DNA from: Spirochaetes bacterium ADurb.Bin133
Lineage (GTDB): Bacteria > Spirochaetota > GWE2-31-10 > MWDO01
DNA length: 64,000 nucleotides
Assembly: GCA_002070605.1 (NCBI GenBank)
Contig: MWDO01000003.1
Coordinates: 11,853-75,852 of the forward strand
Direction: 5' to 3'
In this document: positions 18,069 to 27,459 of the stretch, piece after piece
Layout: every line of letters starts with the position of its first letter
How positions within the stretch are numbered: the first letter of the stretch is position 1
The notes under the pieces: model-generated
The model's input: the letters and a program-made list of their open reading frames with translations, nothing else
What the model was told of the DNA's origin: nothing
Database searches by the model: none
Position numbers and translations under genes: made by a program

Positions 18069-19909
18069 ACATTAACATTCTCTTTTATCTTTTGCCAAAT
18101 ATCTTTAATTTCATCGGTTATCTCGCTATCTGTAAACTCAATTACCGAAAGCCCTTTAATCTGCGCTTTTGTAACGGACTTATCGTATCCGATTTTTCCC
18201 AGAAAATCGGCGCCGTACTCTTTTGCAATGGCGATTATATCATTTGCTTTATCAATGTTCAAATCAAATTTATTAACGACTACTCCGGATTTTATACCGA
18301 AGAATTTGATAACGTCGAGAACCCGTTTTAAATCGTGGACTCCCGATACGGTCGGCTCGGTTACGATTACGGCGTAATCCGTTCCGGTTATCGAAGCTAT
18401 TACCGGACAACCGGTCCCCGGAGAGCCGTCTATGATAGAAAGATTTATATTATTTTTCGCCGCAAGTTGATTCTTTTTGTTCCTTATTAAGGTTACAAGT
18501 TTACCGGAGTTCTCTTCGGCGGCGCCGAGTTTCGCATGGCTCATCGGTCCAAAACGGGTATCGGATAAAAACCATTCTCCATTTATAGCGGTCTTAAATT
18601 TGATCGAGCCGGTCGGGCAAACTATAGCGCAGGCGGCGCAACCTTCGCAAGATTTTTTATCTACCATATAAACCGCGCAGCCCTCTTCATAATTTTTGAT
18701 AACGGCGCCGAAACGACATGTCTCGCGGCATCGACCGCAAGAGATACATTTTACGTTATCGATTTGCGCGACCTTGCCGCCTGAAAAAAGTCCCGACTCG
18801 ACGATCCGGGGTTTTAGTATCAAATGAAGGTCGGCGGCGTCCACGTCGCAGTCGGATATGGCGATACTTTTTTCGAGAGCGCAGAAACTTGCGACAATCG
18901 AGGTTTTACCCGTACCCCCTTTGCCGCTTATAACGACTACCTCTTTTTGATTTGGATCGACTTCCATTTTTTCTTTAACTGAACATTCCGCCTTATCGAG
19001 CGCGTCGGCTTTATCTGTTTCAATTTCAGCGCTTCTCGCTTTTTTACCGGTCGTATTATCCTTTTTTGACTGATGAAGAATTTTTTTCGCTATTTCTAAA
19101 AAAACATCGTTATAACGGTCGTTTTCGTCTACTATTAAATCCCCTCTTGAGTAAACTTCCGCTATCAATCGATCGTCGGGAATCTCGGCGATTATATCTA
19201 GCGACTCCTTCGAGCAGTAATCCCTAAGTTCGCTATCCGGATATTCGGCTCTGTTTACCAAAACGACCGGCTCTATTCCAAGTTCGCGACACATATCTAC
19301 CGCCAATTTGAGATCGTTGACCCCAAACGGCGTCGGATCGGTAACGAGTATTGTTAAGTCCGAATCCCTAACCGTTTCGACGACGGGACAAGAGGTCCCG
19401 GGCGGCGAGTCGACGATATTAACTCCTTCGCCGATATTTTTTTTGACGCTCTTTATTAGTCGAGGCGTCATTCCCCCCTCGCCCGTTTCGAGAAGACCGT
19501 AATGAATGTCGATATTTCCGGATTTGCCGCGCCTAACAACCCCTATTTTACGATCTTCTTCGACAATAGCGTCTTTAGGACAAACCAAAGCGCAAGCGCC
19601 GCATATGTGGCAAAGATTCTTAAATATTAATATCCTATCCTTAACCTTTGCCATAGCGTTGTATTTACACGCTTCGACGCATTTGACGCATATGTTGCAT
19701 TTTTCTGCGTCGACTCCGACGGGCGATAATAAATTTATAGTCTCTTCCTTGAGCGTATCGGGCTTTAGAAATAGATGCCCGTTCGGCTCCTCGACGTCGC
19801 AATCGAGATAAGTTACCTGTTTGCCCATTTTTTCGAGGACTCTGGCAATGTTTGTAGAAACAAACGTCTTCCCGGTTCCCCCTTTTCCGCTTGAAATCGC
19901 TATATTCAT
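18062..19909 (-). CDS. Fused tandem MinD-family P-loop ATPase / 2x[4Fe-4S] ferredoxin protein (two COG1149-type units)
   Basis: Two SGKGGTGKT Walker A motifs, two DCDV(E/D) motifs, four CxxCxxCxxxC ferredoxin motifs and two D(S/G)xPGT.CPV motifs in one ORF. Confidence 0.9.
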   Translation of the reverse strand: MNIAISSGKGGTGKTFVSTNIARVLEKMGKQVTYLDCDVEEPNGHLFLKPDTLKEETINLLSPVGVDAEKCNICVKCVEACKYNAMAKVKDRILIFKNLCHICGACALVCPKDAIVEEDRKIGVVRRGKSGNIDIHYGLLETGEGGMTPRLIKSVKKNIGEGVNIVDSPPGTSCPVVETVRDSDLTILVTDPTPFGVNDLKLAVDMCRELGIEPVVLVNRAEYPDSELRDYCSKESLDIIAEIPDDRLIAEVYSRGDLIVDENDRYNDVFLEIAKKILHQSKKDNTTGKKARSAEIETDKADALDKAECSVKEKMEVDPNQKEVVVISGKGGTGKTSIVASFCALEKSIAISDCDVDAADLHLILKPRIVESGLFSGGKVAQIDNVKCISCGRCRETCRFGAVIKNYEEGCAVYMVDKKSCEGCAACAIVCPTGSIKFKTAINGEWFLSDTRFGPMSHAKLGAAEENSGKLVTLIRNKKNQLAAKNNINLSIIDGSPGTGCPVIASITGTDYAVIVTEPTVSGVHDLKRVLDVIKFFGIKSGVVVNKFDLNIDKANDIIAIAKEYGADFLGKIGYDKSVTKAQIKGLSVIEFTDSEITDEIKDIWQKIKENVNVW

Positions 19910-20040
19910 TTTAATTCCTTAATTATCGTTGAATTCTCATCCTCTCCCGATTCTTTTTTTAATCCAATGATTTTTGCTACCGTTTCTCTGAAGAGTTCTT
20001 CCGTAATCCTAAAAATCTGAATTCCGCTAATTTTTTTCAT
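19906..20040 (-). CDS. Possible 44-aa small protein coupled to the ATPase
   Basis: GGAG RBS; MKKISGIQIFRITEELFRETVAKIIGLKKESGEDENSTIIKELK*; its stop overlaps the ATPase ATG (ATGA). Confidence 0.35.
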   Translation of the reverse strand: MKKISGIQIFRITEELFRETVAKIIGLKKESGEDENSTIIKELK

Positions 20041-20120
20041 AAAATTTGCGCTCCTTGCAACTATATTACAAGGTTTAATTATACATTTTTTTCAAATAAA
20101 AATAAAGCGCTTTTTGTAAT

Positions 20121-20287
20121 CCGTCAGTTTTTTTTGCGGGGGACGGGGAAATTGACGTATGCGACGTTAAGAATAAAATTGACACATATGCGTTAGATAA
20201 AAAAAATCGACGCATATAGCGTTAGGAATAAATTGACACATATGCGTCGGCTCTAAATTATTTGTTATCCTCCAAAAAACTGACGGG
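20121..20287. repeat. MITE-like modular repeat
   Basis: CCGTCAGTTTTTT ... CCAAAAAACTGACGGG ends; four tandem ~27-bp AAATTGACACATATGCG units. Confidence 0.9.
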
Positions 20288-20301
20288 ATGCGCGCTTTTT
20301 T

Positions 20302-20667
20302 TTATTTCATTCCGCTATGAGGCTCCGCCGTCGCTTTGTCGGTACTATTGTATTCTCCTTTTTTGAATTTCTCTATAGATTCTCTAACGGTTCCCGACGC
20401 GCCGGTAAATACCTTTATCCCCGCGGCGTTTAATACCTGAAACGCGTTCGGTCCGACGGCGCCGGTAAGCACGGCTTCGCATTTTTTATCCGCTACTAAC
20501 TGCCCCGATTGGATTCCGGCTCCGCCGCCGCTCTGTCCGGCGGGATTATTGATCGCTTCGTAAGACATTAAGTCCGTATCGACTATTATAAAATAGTCGC
20601 ATCTGCCGAATCTGGGATCGACTTTTGATTCCAGATCGCTTCCATAAGACGTTACGCATAATTTCAT
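20302..20667 (-). CDS. NifB/NifX-family FeMo-cofactor-binding domain protein
   Basis: VDPRFGRCDYF, GAGIQSGQ and GAVGPNAF.VL. Confidence 0.9.
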   Translation of the reverse strand: MKLCVTSYGSDLESKVDPRFGRCDYFIIVDTDLMSYEAINNPAGQSGGGAGIQSGQLVADKKCEAVLTGAVGPNAFQVLNAAGIKVFTGASGTVRESIEKFKKGEYNSTDKATAEPHSGMK

Positions 20668-20747
20668 CTTTGACTCCTTTTCTTTGTTTTATCTACATCT
20701 TCATAAAAGACGATTTGCTTCGCCTCTTATTATCTCTTTCGCGTAAT

Positions 20748-20848
20748 CCGTCAGTTTTTTGGGGCGAGGAAATGAATAACGCGGGTCTGTCTCAAAAAAA
20801 TTGACACATATGGAACAAATATTTTCTATTCCTCAAAAAACTGACGGG
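20748..20848. repeat. Short MITE-like repeat
   Basis: CCGTCAGTTTTTTG / CAAAAAACTGACGG inverted ends with one TTGACACATATG core. Confidence 0.85.
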
Positions 20849-20882
20849 GTACTCTTCCGCGTATAGCGCGGTTAATTTTTAA

Positions 20883-21284
20883 TTAATGGCGATGTCCATG
20901 TTTTCCGCCGCCCTCGCATCCGCCGACCTTGTCTAGGCCGTAACCGCGACCTCCTCCGGGAGAACATAACGATTTGCCGCCGGAAAGAGTTCCGGTCAGT
21001 AAGCGCTCTACAATTGCGTCGATTTTCCCGGAAACTCCCATATATTGTTTGATATTATACTGAGTAAAAAGATTTTGAGCGTTTACGCCCATTCCGCCGG
21101 CGACGATACATTCCGCCCCTTTTTCATGGAAAAACTGCGGCAGGTATCCCGGGCTGTGTCCCGGATTGTCAATAACCTCTTTTGAAATTACCTTACCGTC
21201 TTGTATCTCTACAATTGTAAATTGAGGGCATCGTCCAAAATGCGCCGAAACATATTCGCCGTCCGTTGAAATTACCGCTTTCAT
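20883..21284 (-). CDS. NifB/NifX-family protein with Gly/His-rich tail
   Basis: VSAHFGRCPQF, HSPG.LP and AGGMG; tail GGGRGYG...CEGGGKHGHRH; start moved to ATG 21284 (AGGAGA RBS). Confidence 0.9.
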   Translation of the reverse strand: MKAVISTDGEYVSAHFGRCPQFTIVEIQDGKVISKEVIDNPGHSPGYLPQFFHEKGAECIVAGGMGVNAQNLFTQYNIKQYMGVSGKIDAIVERLLTGTLSGGKSLCSPGGGRGYGLDKVGGCEGGGKHGHRH

Positions 21285-21336
21285 AAATTTTCTCCTATCT
21301 CTTAAATTCCGTCGACTAAAGTCTCCGTCTTTTTCA

Positions 21337-21558
21337 TTATTTTTCAATTTTCTCAGAAACATCGTCTACTATATAATATTTCCCTTTCTTGTCTGAAATT
21401 TGCTTTCTTTTAAAGAAGGGTAGTTTATTGATTAGCGTCTTAATAACGCTATTTTCTTTTGAAAGATCGCTTATTACAAAATAACCGACTGCTCCGAGAA
21501 TTCCCGAAATAGCGCTCGCTTTTCCCATGCCAAATCTTAGTCTTTTACGCATACGCAT
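21337..21558 (-). CDS. Small hypothetical protein with one hydrophobic segment
   Basis: AGGAG RBS, in-operon position, 73 aa. Confidence 0.6.
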   Translation of the reverse strand: MRMRKRLRFGMGKASAISGILGAVGYFVISDLSKENSVIKTLINKLPFFKRKQISDKKGKYYIVDDVSEKIEK

Positions 21559-21576
21559 AGTTTTCTCCTATTTTAG

Positions 21577-21604
21577 ACAACGGCGGGCTTCGGCCTACCG
21601 TTGT
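21577..21604. terminator. GC-rich stem-loop within the operon
   Basis: ACAACGGCGGGC-TTCG-GCCTACCGTTGT immediately after the DUF5320 stop. Confidence 0.55.
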
Positions 21605-21611
21605 TTAAAAA

Positions 21612-21932
21612 CTACTCCTGATTTTCGAGTTCTTTGATTCTTTTATTGATGTTTTCAATACTTTGATTCATATATCGAGCTTGATTTTTCAAAACCTCAA
21701 GTTCGTCTTCTTTCGATAACTCGCGATTCATACCGCTCGCTTGATTATATCTAGCCCACCTCGGCAAACCGGTAGCGTTATAGATATTTCTACGACCTCT
21801 ACCCCCTCCAAAAAAACCTCTTCCAACCCCAAAATTAGCGTATCCCGACGTAGCGAAGCCCGAACAAAAGCCTCTCGCTCCCCCGGTCATACTTCCCAGT
21901 CCCATAGGACCCGTTCCGTCTCTTCCAGACAT
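21612..21932 (-). CDS. DUF5320-family Gly/Arg-rich protein
   Basis: M.G.DGTGPMG.G.MTG..RGFC.G, GRGFFGGGRGRR and C-terminal coiled coil (E.E.LK.QA..M...IE.I.KRI.EL). Confidence 0.85.
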   Translation of the reverse strand: MSGRDGTGPMGLGSMTGGARGFCSGFATSGYANFGVGRGFFGGGRGRRNIYNATGLPRWARYNQASGMNRELSKEDELEVLKNQARYMNQSIENINKRIKELENQE

Positions 21933-22044
21933 GATAAACCTCCTTAAAATTGTAAAATTTGAACAGCGAATTTAAGCCCGCCGTTCTATATCAGACGTAT
22001 ATATTCGTCTGATAAAATAGCTCGAACTATTTTTCAATTCTATA

Positions 22045-22059
22045 TGATAATTATTTTCA
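22045..22059. promoter_or_regulatory. Fur box upstream of the DUF5320/NifX operon
   Basis: TGATAAT-T-ATTTTCA, 1 mismatch to the 7-1-7 consensus TGATAAT-N-ATTATCA. Confidence 0.7.
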
Positions 22060-22107
22060 TTTAGGTTTTAAAAATAATGCGCAATTATGTTTAAATAGAC
22101 GTCTAAA

Positions 22108-22587
22108 TTATATTTTTTTTCCCCTTCCATTTTTAACGTAGCAACCTCCGCATAATCCGTGAAATTGTATTATATGATGTTCGATCTTAAAATTCCGCTT
22201 TTTTTCCAACGTTTTTTCTATTTTGGTTATCAATTCTATCTCTTCGTCGATAAAATCGGAGTAATCCTCTATTCTTCCGCAACCATCGCAAACAAAATGA
22301 TGATGATGAGTTTTATTACCGTGATTTTCCGACAATTCGTATCGGGACTTTCCGTCCCCTATCTCCAATTTTACAACAATCCCCAATCTTACCAATATCT
22401 CAAGCGTCCTGTAAACCGTCGTCAGTCCAATTTCGGGATACTCTTTCGACGCTATCGCGTATATCTCTTCGGGACTTAGATGTTCGTCGTTTGATTCAAG
22501 AACTTCAAGGACGGCCTCTCTTCCCGGCGTGCATTTATATCCGCATTGTCTTAATCTATGTCCCCACTGTCCGCAATTTCTCTTCAC
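22108..22587 (-). CDS. fur: Fur-family transcriptional repressor
   Basis: T..R..VL, GLTTVYRTL, HHHHFVCDGC and CGGC. Confidence 0.9.
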   Translation of the reverse strand: MKRNCGQWGHRLRQCGYKCTPGREAVLEVLESNDEHLSPEEIYAIASKEYPEIGLTTVYRTLEILVRLGIVVKLEIGDGKSRYELSENHGNKTHHHHFVCDGCGRIEDYSDFIDEEIELITKIEKTLEKKRNFKIEHHIIQFHGLCGGCYVKNGRGKKI

Positions 22588-22600
22588 ATCTCTACCTAAT

Positions 22601-22649
22601 TGATAATCACTTTCATTTAGAATATAATATAAAGTTTTATGTAAGTCAA
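22601..22649 (-). promoter_or_regulatory. fur promoter with overlapping autoregulatory Fur box
   Basis: Minus-strand TTGACT-17-TATATT; box TGATAATCACTTTCA (22601-22615) shares 18/20 nt with the box at 22045. Confidence 0.7.
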
Positions 22650-22706
22650 GCGTTATTTTTTAAAATTTGCTCCCCGTGTCATTCAAAAAACCGACGTATT
22701 CTATAT

Positions 22707-22735
22707 TTGACAAATTGCTACTTTTTTTGTATATT
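22707..22735 (+). promoter_or_regulatory. ileS sigma70 promoter
   Basis: TTGACA-17-TATATT. Confidence 0.75.
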
Positions 22736-22771
22736 GGCTCAAAAATTAATATTCGCAAATCGAGGTATGGT

Positions 22772-25700
22772 ATGGCTTTTAAGGACGTCGATAAACAGGT
22801 AAATTTCTCAAAACTGGAAGAAGAAGTTTTAAAAATATGGAAAAAGAACAGGTATTTCGAAAAATCTCTCGAAAAAACCAGAAACAACGAGCAGTATGTA
22901 TTTTACGACGGACCTCCGTTTGCTACGGGATTACCGCACTACGGACATATTTTGCCCGGAACTATAAAGGACATAGTCCCAAGGTATCAAACGATGAAAG
23001 GCAAATACGTCGAAAGGAGATGGGGATGGGATTGCCACGGACTTCCCGTTGAAAATTTGATAGAAAAAGATCTGAATCTCAATAGCAAAAAAGAGATACT
23101 GGAATACGGAATAGATAAATTTAACGAAGCGTGCCGCGCCAGCGTTTTGAGATATACAAACGAATGGGAAAAAACTATCGATCGCATGGGGCGATGGGTG
23201 GATTTCAAAAATTCTTACAGAACGATGGACCTCGATTATATGGAGTCTATATGGAACGTTTTTAAGTCGCTCTGGGAGAAGGGGCTTATTTACGAAGGAC
23301 ACAAGATCCTACCGTACTGTCCTAGGTGCGCCACGCCGCTATCGAATTTTGAGACTAATCAGGGCTACAAAGACGTTCAAGACCCGGCTATTACCGTCGC
23401 GTTCAAGATAAAGGGCGAGGAGAATTGTTATATTCTCGCGTGGACGACGACTCCGTGGACGCTCCCTTCAAATATGGGTTTAGCGGTCGGCGAAGATATA
23501 ACATATGTGAAAATCGAAGACGAAGGGCAAAATTATATTTTAGCGGAAGCGCTTCTGTCCAAATATTATAAAAATCCCGATTTGGTAAATATACTAAAAA
23601 GATATACGGGAAAAGAACTCGTCGGAATGAGATACGAGCCGCTTTTTCCATATTTTAAAGACGAGGAGAAAAACGGCGCGTTTAGAATTACGCTTGGTCA
23701 TCACGTATCGACCGAGTCGGGAACCGGAATCGTGCATATAGCTCCGGGATTTGGCGAGGACGACGCCGAGATCGGTAAAAAAGAGGGACTTCCGACGAAA
23801 TGTCCCATCGACGACGAGGCGAAATTTACCGAGGAGATATACGACTACAAAGGAATCGGCGTAAAAAAAGCGGACAAAGAGATAATGAAACGCTTAAAAG
23901 ACGAGAAGAAACTGATAAAACATGAAACATATCAACACTCGTACCCGCACTGCTGGAGATGCGACGAGCCGCTTATCTATAAAGCGGTATCAAGTTGGTT
24001 TGTCGATATTCAGGCGATCAAACAGGATATGATCGACGCCAATAGTAAAATTAACTGGGTTCCCGCGCATATAAAAGACGGAAGATTTGGCAAATGGATC
24101 GAACAAGCGCGGGACTGGGCTATAAGCCGCAACAGATATTGGGGTTGTCCGATACCGGTATGGAAGTGCGAAGAGTGCGGCGAAACGCTTTGCGTCGGAA
24201 GCGTCGAGGAGCTTGAGAAACTTAGCGGCGCAAAGATTAACGACATCCATATACATTTTGTCGATCCTATCAAACTTAAATGTAAAAAATGCGGCTCGTC
24301 TATGAGCCGTATCGAGGAGGTGCTGGACTGCTGGTTTGAGTCGGGAGCGATGCCTTACGCTCAAAATCACTACCCGTTTGAAAATAAAGAAAAATTTGAA
24401 TCGACTTACCCCGCCGACTTTATAGCCGAAGGGCTTGATCAAACGAGGGGCTGGTTTTATACTCTGGTAGTTTTGGGGGCGGGGCTCTTCAAAAAGAACG
24501 CCTTCAAAAACGTCGTAGTCAACGGGCTTGTGTTGGCGGAAGACGGCAGAAAAATGTCTAAAAGATTGAAAAATTACCCGGAAGTCGACTATATTTTCGA
24601 TAAATACGGCGCCGACGCCCTGAGGCTGTATCTTATGAACTCCGCCGCCGTTAAAGCGGGAGAATTGCTCTTTTCTGAAAACGGAGTTTCTGAAGTAGTC
24701 AGAAACTTTCATCTGCCTCTTTGGAACTCCTATTCGTTTTTTGTAACCTACGCTAATATTGATAAATGGACGCCCAAAAATAAAACGGACAATTTTCAGA
24801 ATCCTCTCGATATATGGCTAAACAGCTCCGTCGAGAAGCTCTCTTCAGAAGTCGACGCGGCTTTGTCGGAATACGATTTTCAGAAAGCGATAAAATTTTT
24901 GTATAAATTTATCGACGGATTAACCAATTGGTATATACGAAGATCGAGAAGGCGATTTTGGAAGTCCGAAGACGACAGCGATAAAAACGAGGCGTATTCG
25001 GCTTTGTATAACGCGTTGATGAAATTTACAATCTTATCCGCGCCCATCGCCCCTTTTTTGTCCGATTATATCTATTCGAATTTAAAAAGCGAAGAGGCGC
25101 CGGAGTCCGTCCACCTTTGCGATTACCCCGAAGAGAATCCGGCGATACGGGACAAAGAGTTGGAAGCCGAGATGGATATAGTTCAAATCGCCGTCGAAAT
25201 GGGAAGAAGTCTAAGGTCCAAAATAGGAATAAACCTGCGAAAACCGTTAAACTCGCTATATTGCATCACCAAAAACGAGAACGATATAAGATTGCTTTCC
25301 AAGATGGAGTCTATACTCAAAGAGGAACTCAACGTCAAAAACGTCGTATTCGAACAGGAAGAAGAGAAACTTGTAACTCTTACCTGTAAAGCAAACTTTA
25401 GAGTTTTGGGAAAAAAGGCGGGAAAAGATATGAAAACTCTAGCCGATATTATCTCAAAATTCGGAGCCAAAGAAGCGCGCGATCTAGAGGACGGCAAAGA
25501 TGTAAAAGTTAAAGTCGGAGAGGTAGAATATTCTCTAGCCATAGAAGACGTTCTTGTAGAAAGAAAGGAAAAAGAGGGCTTAACGATACTTAACGAAGGG
25601 TCTCTTACCGTCGCTCTGGATTCGACCTTGACAAAAGAACTTGTCGAGGAAGGAATAGCCCGGGAATTTATCAGGCATATTCAGAATCTTAGAAAGGATA

Positions 25701-25894
25701 AAAACTTGCATGTCGCGGATAGAATAAAAATAACGTATAACGCGCCGGAACATATATGCGCCGCTATTACCTCGTGGGATAAAACCGTCAAAGACGAAAC
25801 GCTCGCCCTCGATATATCGATCGACGGCGCCGCTAAATTCGACGCCAACGTCGACGAAGTAGATATTAAAATAGACTTAGAGAAGGTTTCATAG
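22772..25894 (+). CDS. ileS: Isoleucine--tRNA ligase (type 2)
   Basis: FYDGPPFATGLPHYGH (HIGH), GWDCHGLP, DWAISR.RYWG and KMSKR; start moved to ATG 22772 (GAGG RBS). Confidence 0.97.
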   Translation: MAFKDVDKQVNFSKLEEEVLKIWKKNRYFEKSLEKTRNNEQYVFYDGPPFATGLPHYGHILPGTIKDIVPRYQTMKGKYVERRWGWDCHGLPVENLIEKDLNLNSKKEILEYGIDKFNEACRASVLRYTNEWEKTIDRMGRWVDFKNSYRTMDLDYMESIWNVFKSLWEKGLIYEGHKILPYCPRCATPLSNFETNQGYKDVQDPAITVAFKIKGEENCYILAWTTTPWTLPSNMGLAVGEDITYVKIEDEGQNYILAEALLSKYYKNPDLVNILKRYTGKELVGMRYEPLFPYFKDEEKNGAFRITLGHHVSTESGTGIVHIAPGFGEDDAEIGKKEGLPTKCPIDDEAKFTEEIYDYKGIGVKKADKEIMKRLKDEKKLIKHETYQHSYPHCWRCDEPLIYKAVSSWFVDIQAIKQDMIDANSKINWVPAHIKDGRFGKWIEQARDWAISRNRYWGCPIPVWKCEECGETLCVGSVEELEKLSGAKINDIHIHFVDPIKLKCKKCGSSMSRIEEVLDCWFESGAMPYAQNHYPFENKEKFESTYPADFIAEGLDQTRGWFYTLVVLGAGLFKKNAFKNVVVNGLVLAEDGRKMSKRLKNYPEVDYIFDKYGADALRLYLMNSAAVKAGELLFSENGVSEVVRNFHLPLWNSYSFFVTYANIDKWTPKNKTDNFQNPLDIWLNSSVEKLSSEVDAALSEYDFQKAIKFLYKFIDGLTNWYIRRSRRRFWKSEDDSDKNEAYSALYNALMKFTILSAPIAPFLSDYIYSNLKSEEAPESVHLCDYPEENPAIRDKELEAEMDIVQIAVEMGRSLRSKIGINLRKPLNSLYCITKNENDIRLLSKMESILKEELNVKNVVFEQEEEKLVTLTCKANFRVLGKKAGKDMKTLADIISKFGAKEARDLEDGKDVKVKVGEVEYSLAIEDVLVERKEKEGLTILNEGSLTVALDSTLTKELVEEGIAREFIRHIQNLRKDKNLHVADRIKITYNAPEHICAAITSWDKTVKDETLALDISIDGAAKFDANVDEVDIKIDLEKVS

Positions 25895-25981
25895 CAGTCT
25901 TTTGCGCGACGGCGACAATCCAATTTCAGAATTCGATTGATTTGGCGCTATCTTAAATCAGATTGTTTTCATCTTTTATTT

Positions 25982-27277
25982 TCATCTTTGCGCTTGTCCG
26001 AGCCCGGAATCAAGGAATTCTTCCAATCTTTCGGCGGATAGAGGCTTTGAAAAATAATATCCCTGTATTTCATCGCATCCCAAATTTTTTAAAAAATCAA
26101 CCTGATTTCTTGTTTCAGCTCCCTCGGCTGTAGTACATGCTTTGAAAGCCTTAGCCAATGAAACGACTATTTCAGCTACAGTAGCGTTTTTTCTTTCCAA
26201 GTTAATATTATCTATAATGCTTTTATCTATTTTGATTCTATCAAAAGGAATAGACTCCAACCGATGTAATGATGAATATCCTTTGCCGAAATCATCTATG
26301 GCGACGCTTATTCCCAATTTCTTCAATTTTGATATTTTTTCTATCGTATCCGGTAAATTCTCGGACAGAGCGCCTTCGGTGATTTCCAATTCAATATATT
26401 TCGGATCTACCCCGCTTTCTTTTATAATTTTTACAACGTCGTCTGCAAAATCGTCCCTTTGCAACTGTACAACCGATACGTTTATAGAGAAGCGAAGAGG
26501 CAAAAATCCCTTTGACGCAAGCCTATTGCGCTCTCGGAGCGACTGTTCCAACACCCACTTACCCACATTATGAATTAACCCCGTAGTTTCAAGTATGGGT
26601 ACAAATTTATCGGGTCCCACTTTCCTCCTGTCGTCAGGTTTCAATCTGAGCAAGACCTCAACCCCGGCAATTTTACCCGTATCGCAGCTAATTTGAGGCT
26701 GAAACTCTAGAAAGAATTCTTCTTTTTGCAACGATCTGAAAAGTCTGTTAGTAAGCAATGTGGTTTCGGCAATACGAGTCTTTATTTGTTCGGTATAGAA
26801 AGCGATTTTATTATCGGCAGTTTTGGCTTTATGTACCGCCAAATGAGCGTTTTCCAAAAGCGTATCCGCATCTTTTCCGTCTTCCGGATACAACGCTATA
26901 CCTACGCTGACAGTAACAAATAATGCTTCTATTTCTGTATCGATTAGTAGAGGATCGGAGAAGGAATCGATTACTTTTCTTGCCTGAATTTTTATCTGCT
27001 CATTATTTCCATGTTGGGGTAAAACGATAACAAACTCTCTTTCGCCTGTCCTTGAAATGTAAAGGCAATCCTCAAACAAATCATTGAGTATTTCTGCCGA
27101 TTTTATTATTACTTGCTCCCCGACTGCATGACCGAATGTATTATCAATCATCCAGATATTTTCTATTTCTACGTCTAAAATTGCTATTTTTTCTGTTTCT
27201 TCCATATTACACAGTATTTGCTCAAGGCCTTTTTTTAGCATATTTCTGTTGATAAATTTTGTAGCTTTTTTCGACAT
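25982..27277 (-). CDS. EAL-domain c-di-GMP phosphodiesterase with degenerate GGDEF domain
   Basis: GGDEF replaced by GEREF; E(V)L, INVS, ELEITE, DDFGKGYSS, IKIDKS, AEGAE and QGYYFSKP. Confidence 0.88.
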   Translation of the reverse strand: MSKKATKFINRNMLKKGLEQILCNMEETEKIAILDVEIENIWMIDNTFGHAVGEQVIIKSAEILNDLFEDCLYISRTGEREFVIVLPQHGNNEQIKIQARKVIDSFSDPLLIDTEIEALFVTVSVGIALYPEDGKDADTLLENAHLAVHKAKTADNKIAFYTEQIKTRIAETTLLTNRLFRSLQKEEFFLEFQPQISCDTGKIAGVEVLLRLKPDDRRKVGPDKFVPILETTGLIHNVGKWVLEQSLRERNRLASKGFLPLRFSINVSVVQLQRDDFADDVVKIIKESGVDPKYIELEITEGALSENLPDTIEKISKLKKLGISVAIDDFGKGYSSLHRLESIPFDRIKIDKSIIDNINLERKNATVAEIVVSLAKAFKACTTAEGAETRNQVDFLKNLGCDEIQGYYFSKPLSAERLEEFLDSGLGQAQR

Positions 27278-27380
27278 ACTTCCTTTTCCTTTCTAATCTA
27301 TTTTTTTACCGGTCGCGCAATCTGGTTTTTATAATTTGGTTTTGTTTCCATAAGGCGTTCTCCAAAAATATGCATAAGCA

Positions 27381-27435
27381 TTAGTTAGCCTGATCTAACT
27401 AGTATAGATTTTAATATTAATATTTTTTTTGTCAA
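27381..27435 (-). promoter_or_regulatory. sigma70 promoter plus TAGTTAG-N6-CTAACTA operator
   Basis: Minus-strand TTGACA-16-TAAAAT followed by a 7-6-7 inverted repeat similar to 7417-7436. Confidence 0.6.
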
Positions 27436-27459
27436 GTACTATTAGTTTTTACGCTGTAC

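Noticed and set aside
20090-20120. TTGAAA exactly 24 nt from the terminal motif at 20120 (a possible fifth 24-nt case)
   Set aside because: No -10 at 16-18 nt (TATAAT lies only 6 nt away), so it was not counted as a promoter
22736-22771. T-box riboswitch upstream of ileS or cimA
   Set aside because: The ileS leader is about 30 nt, and no T-box consensus or specifier stem was seen before either gene
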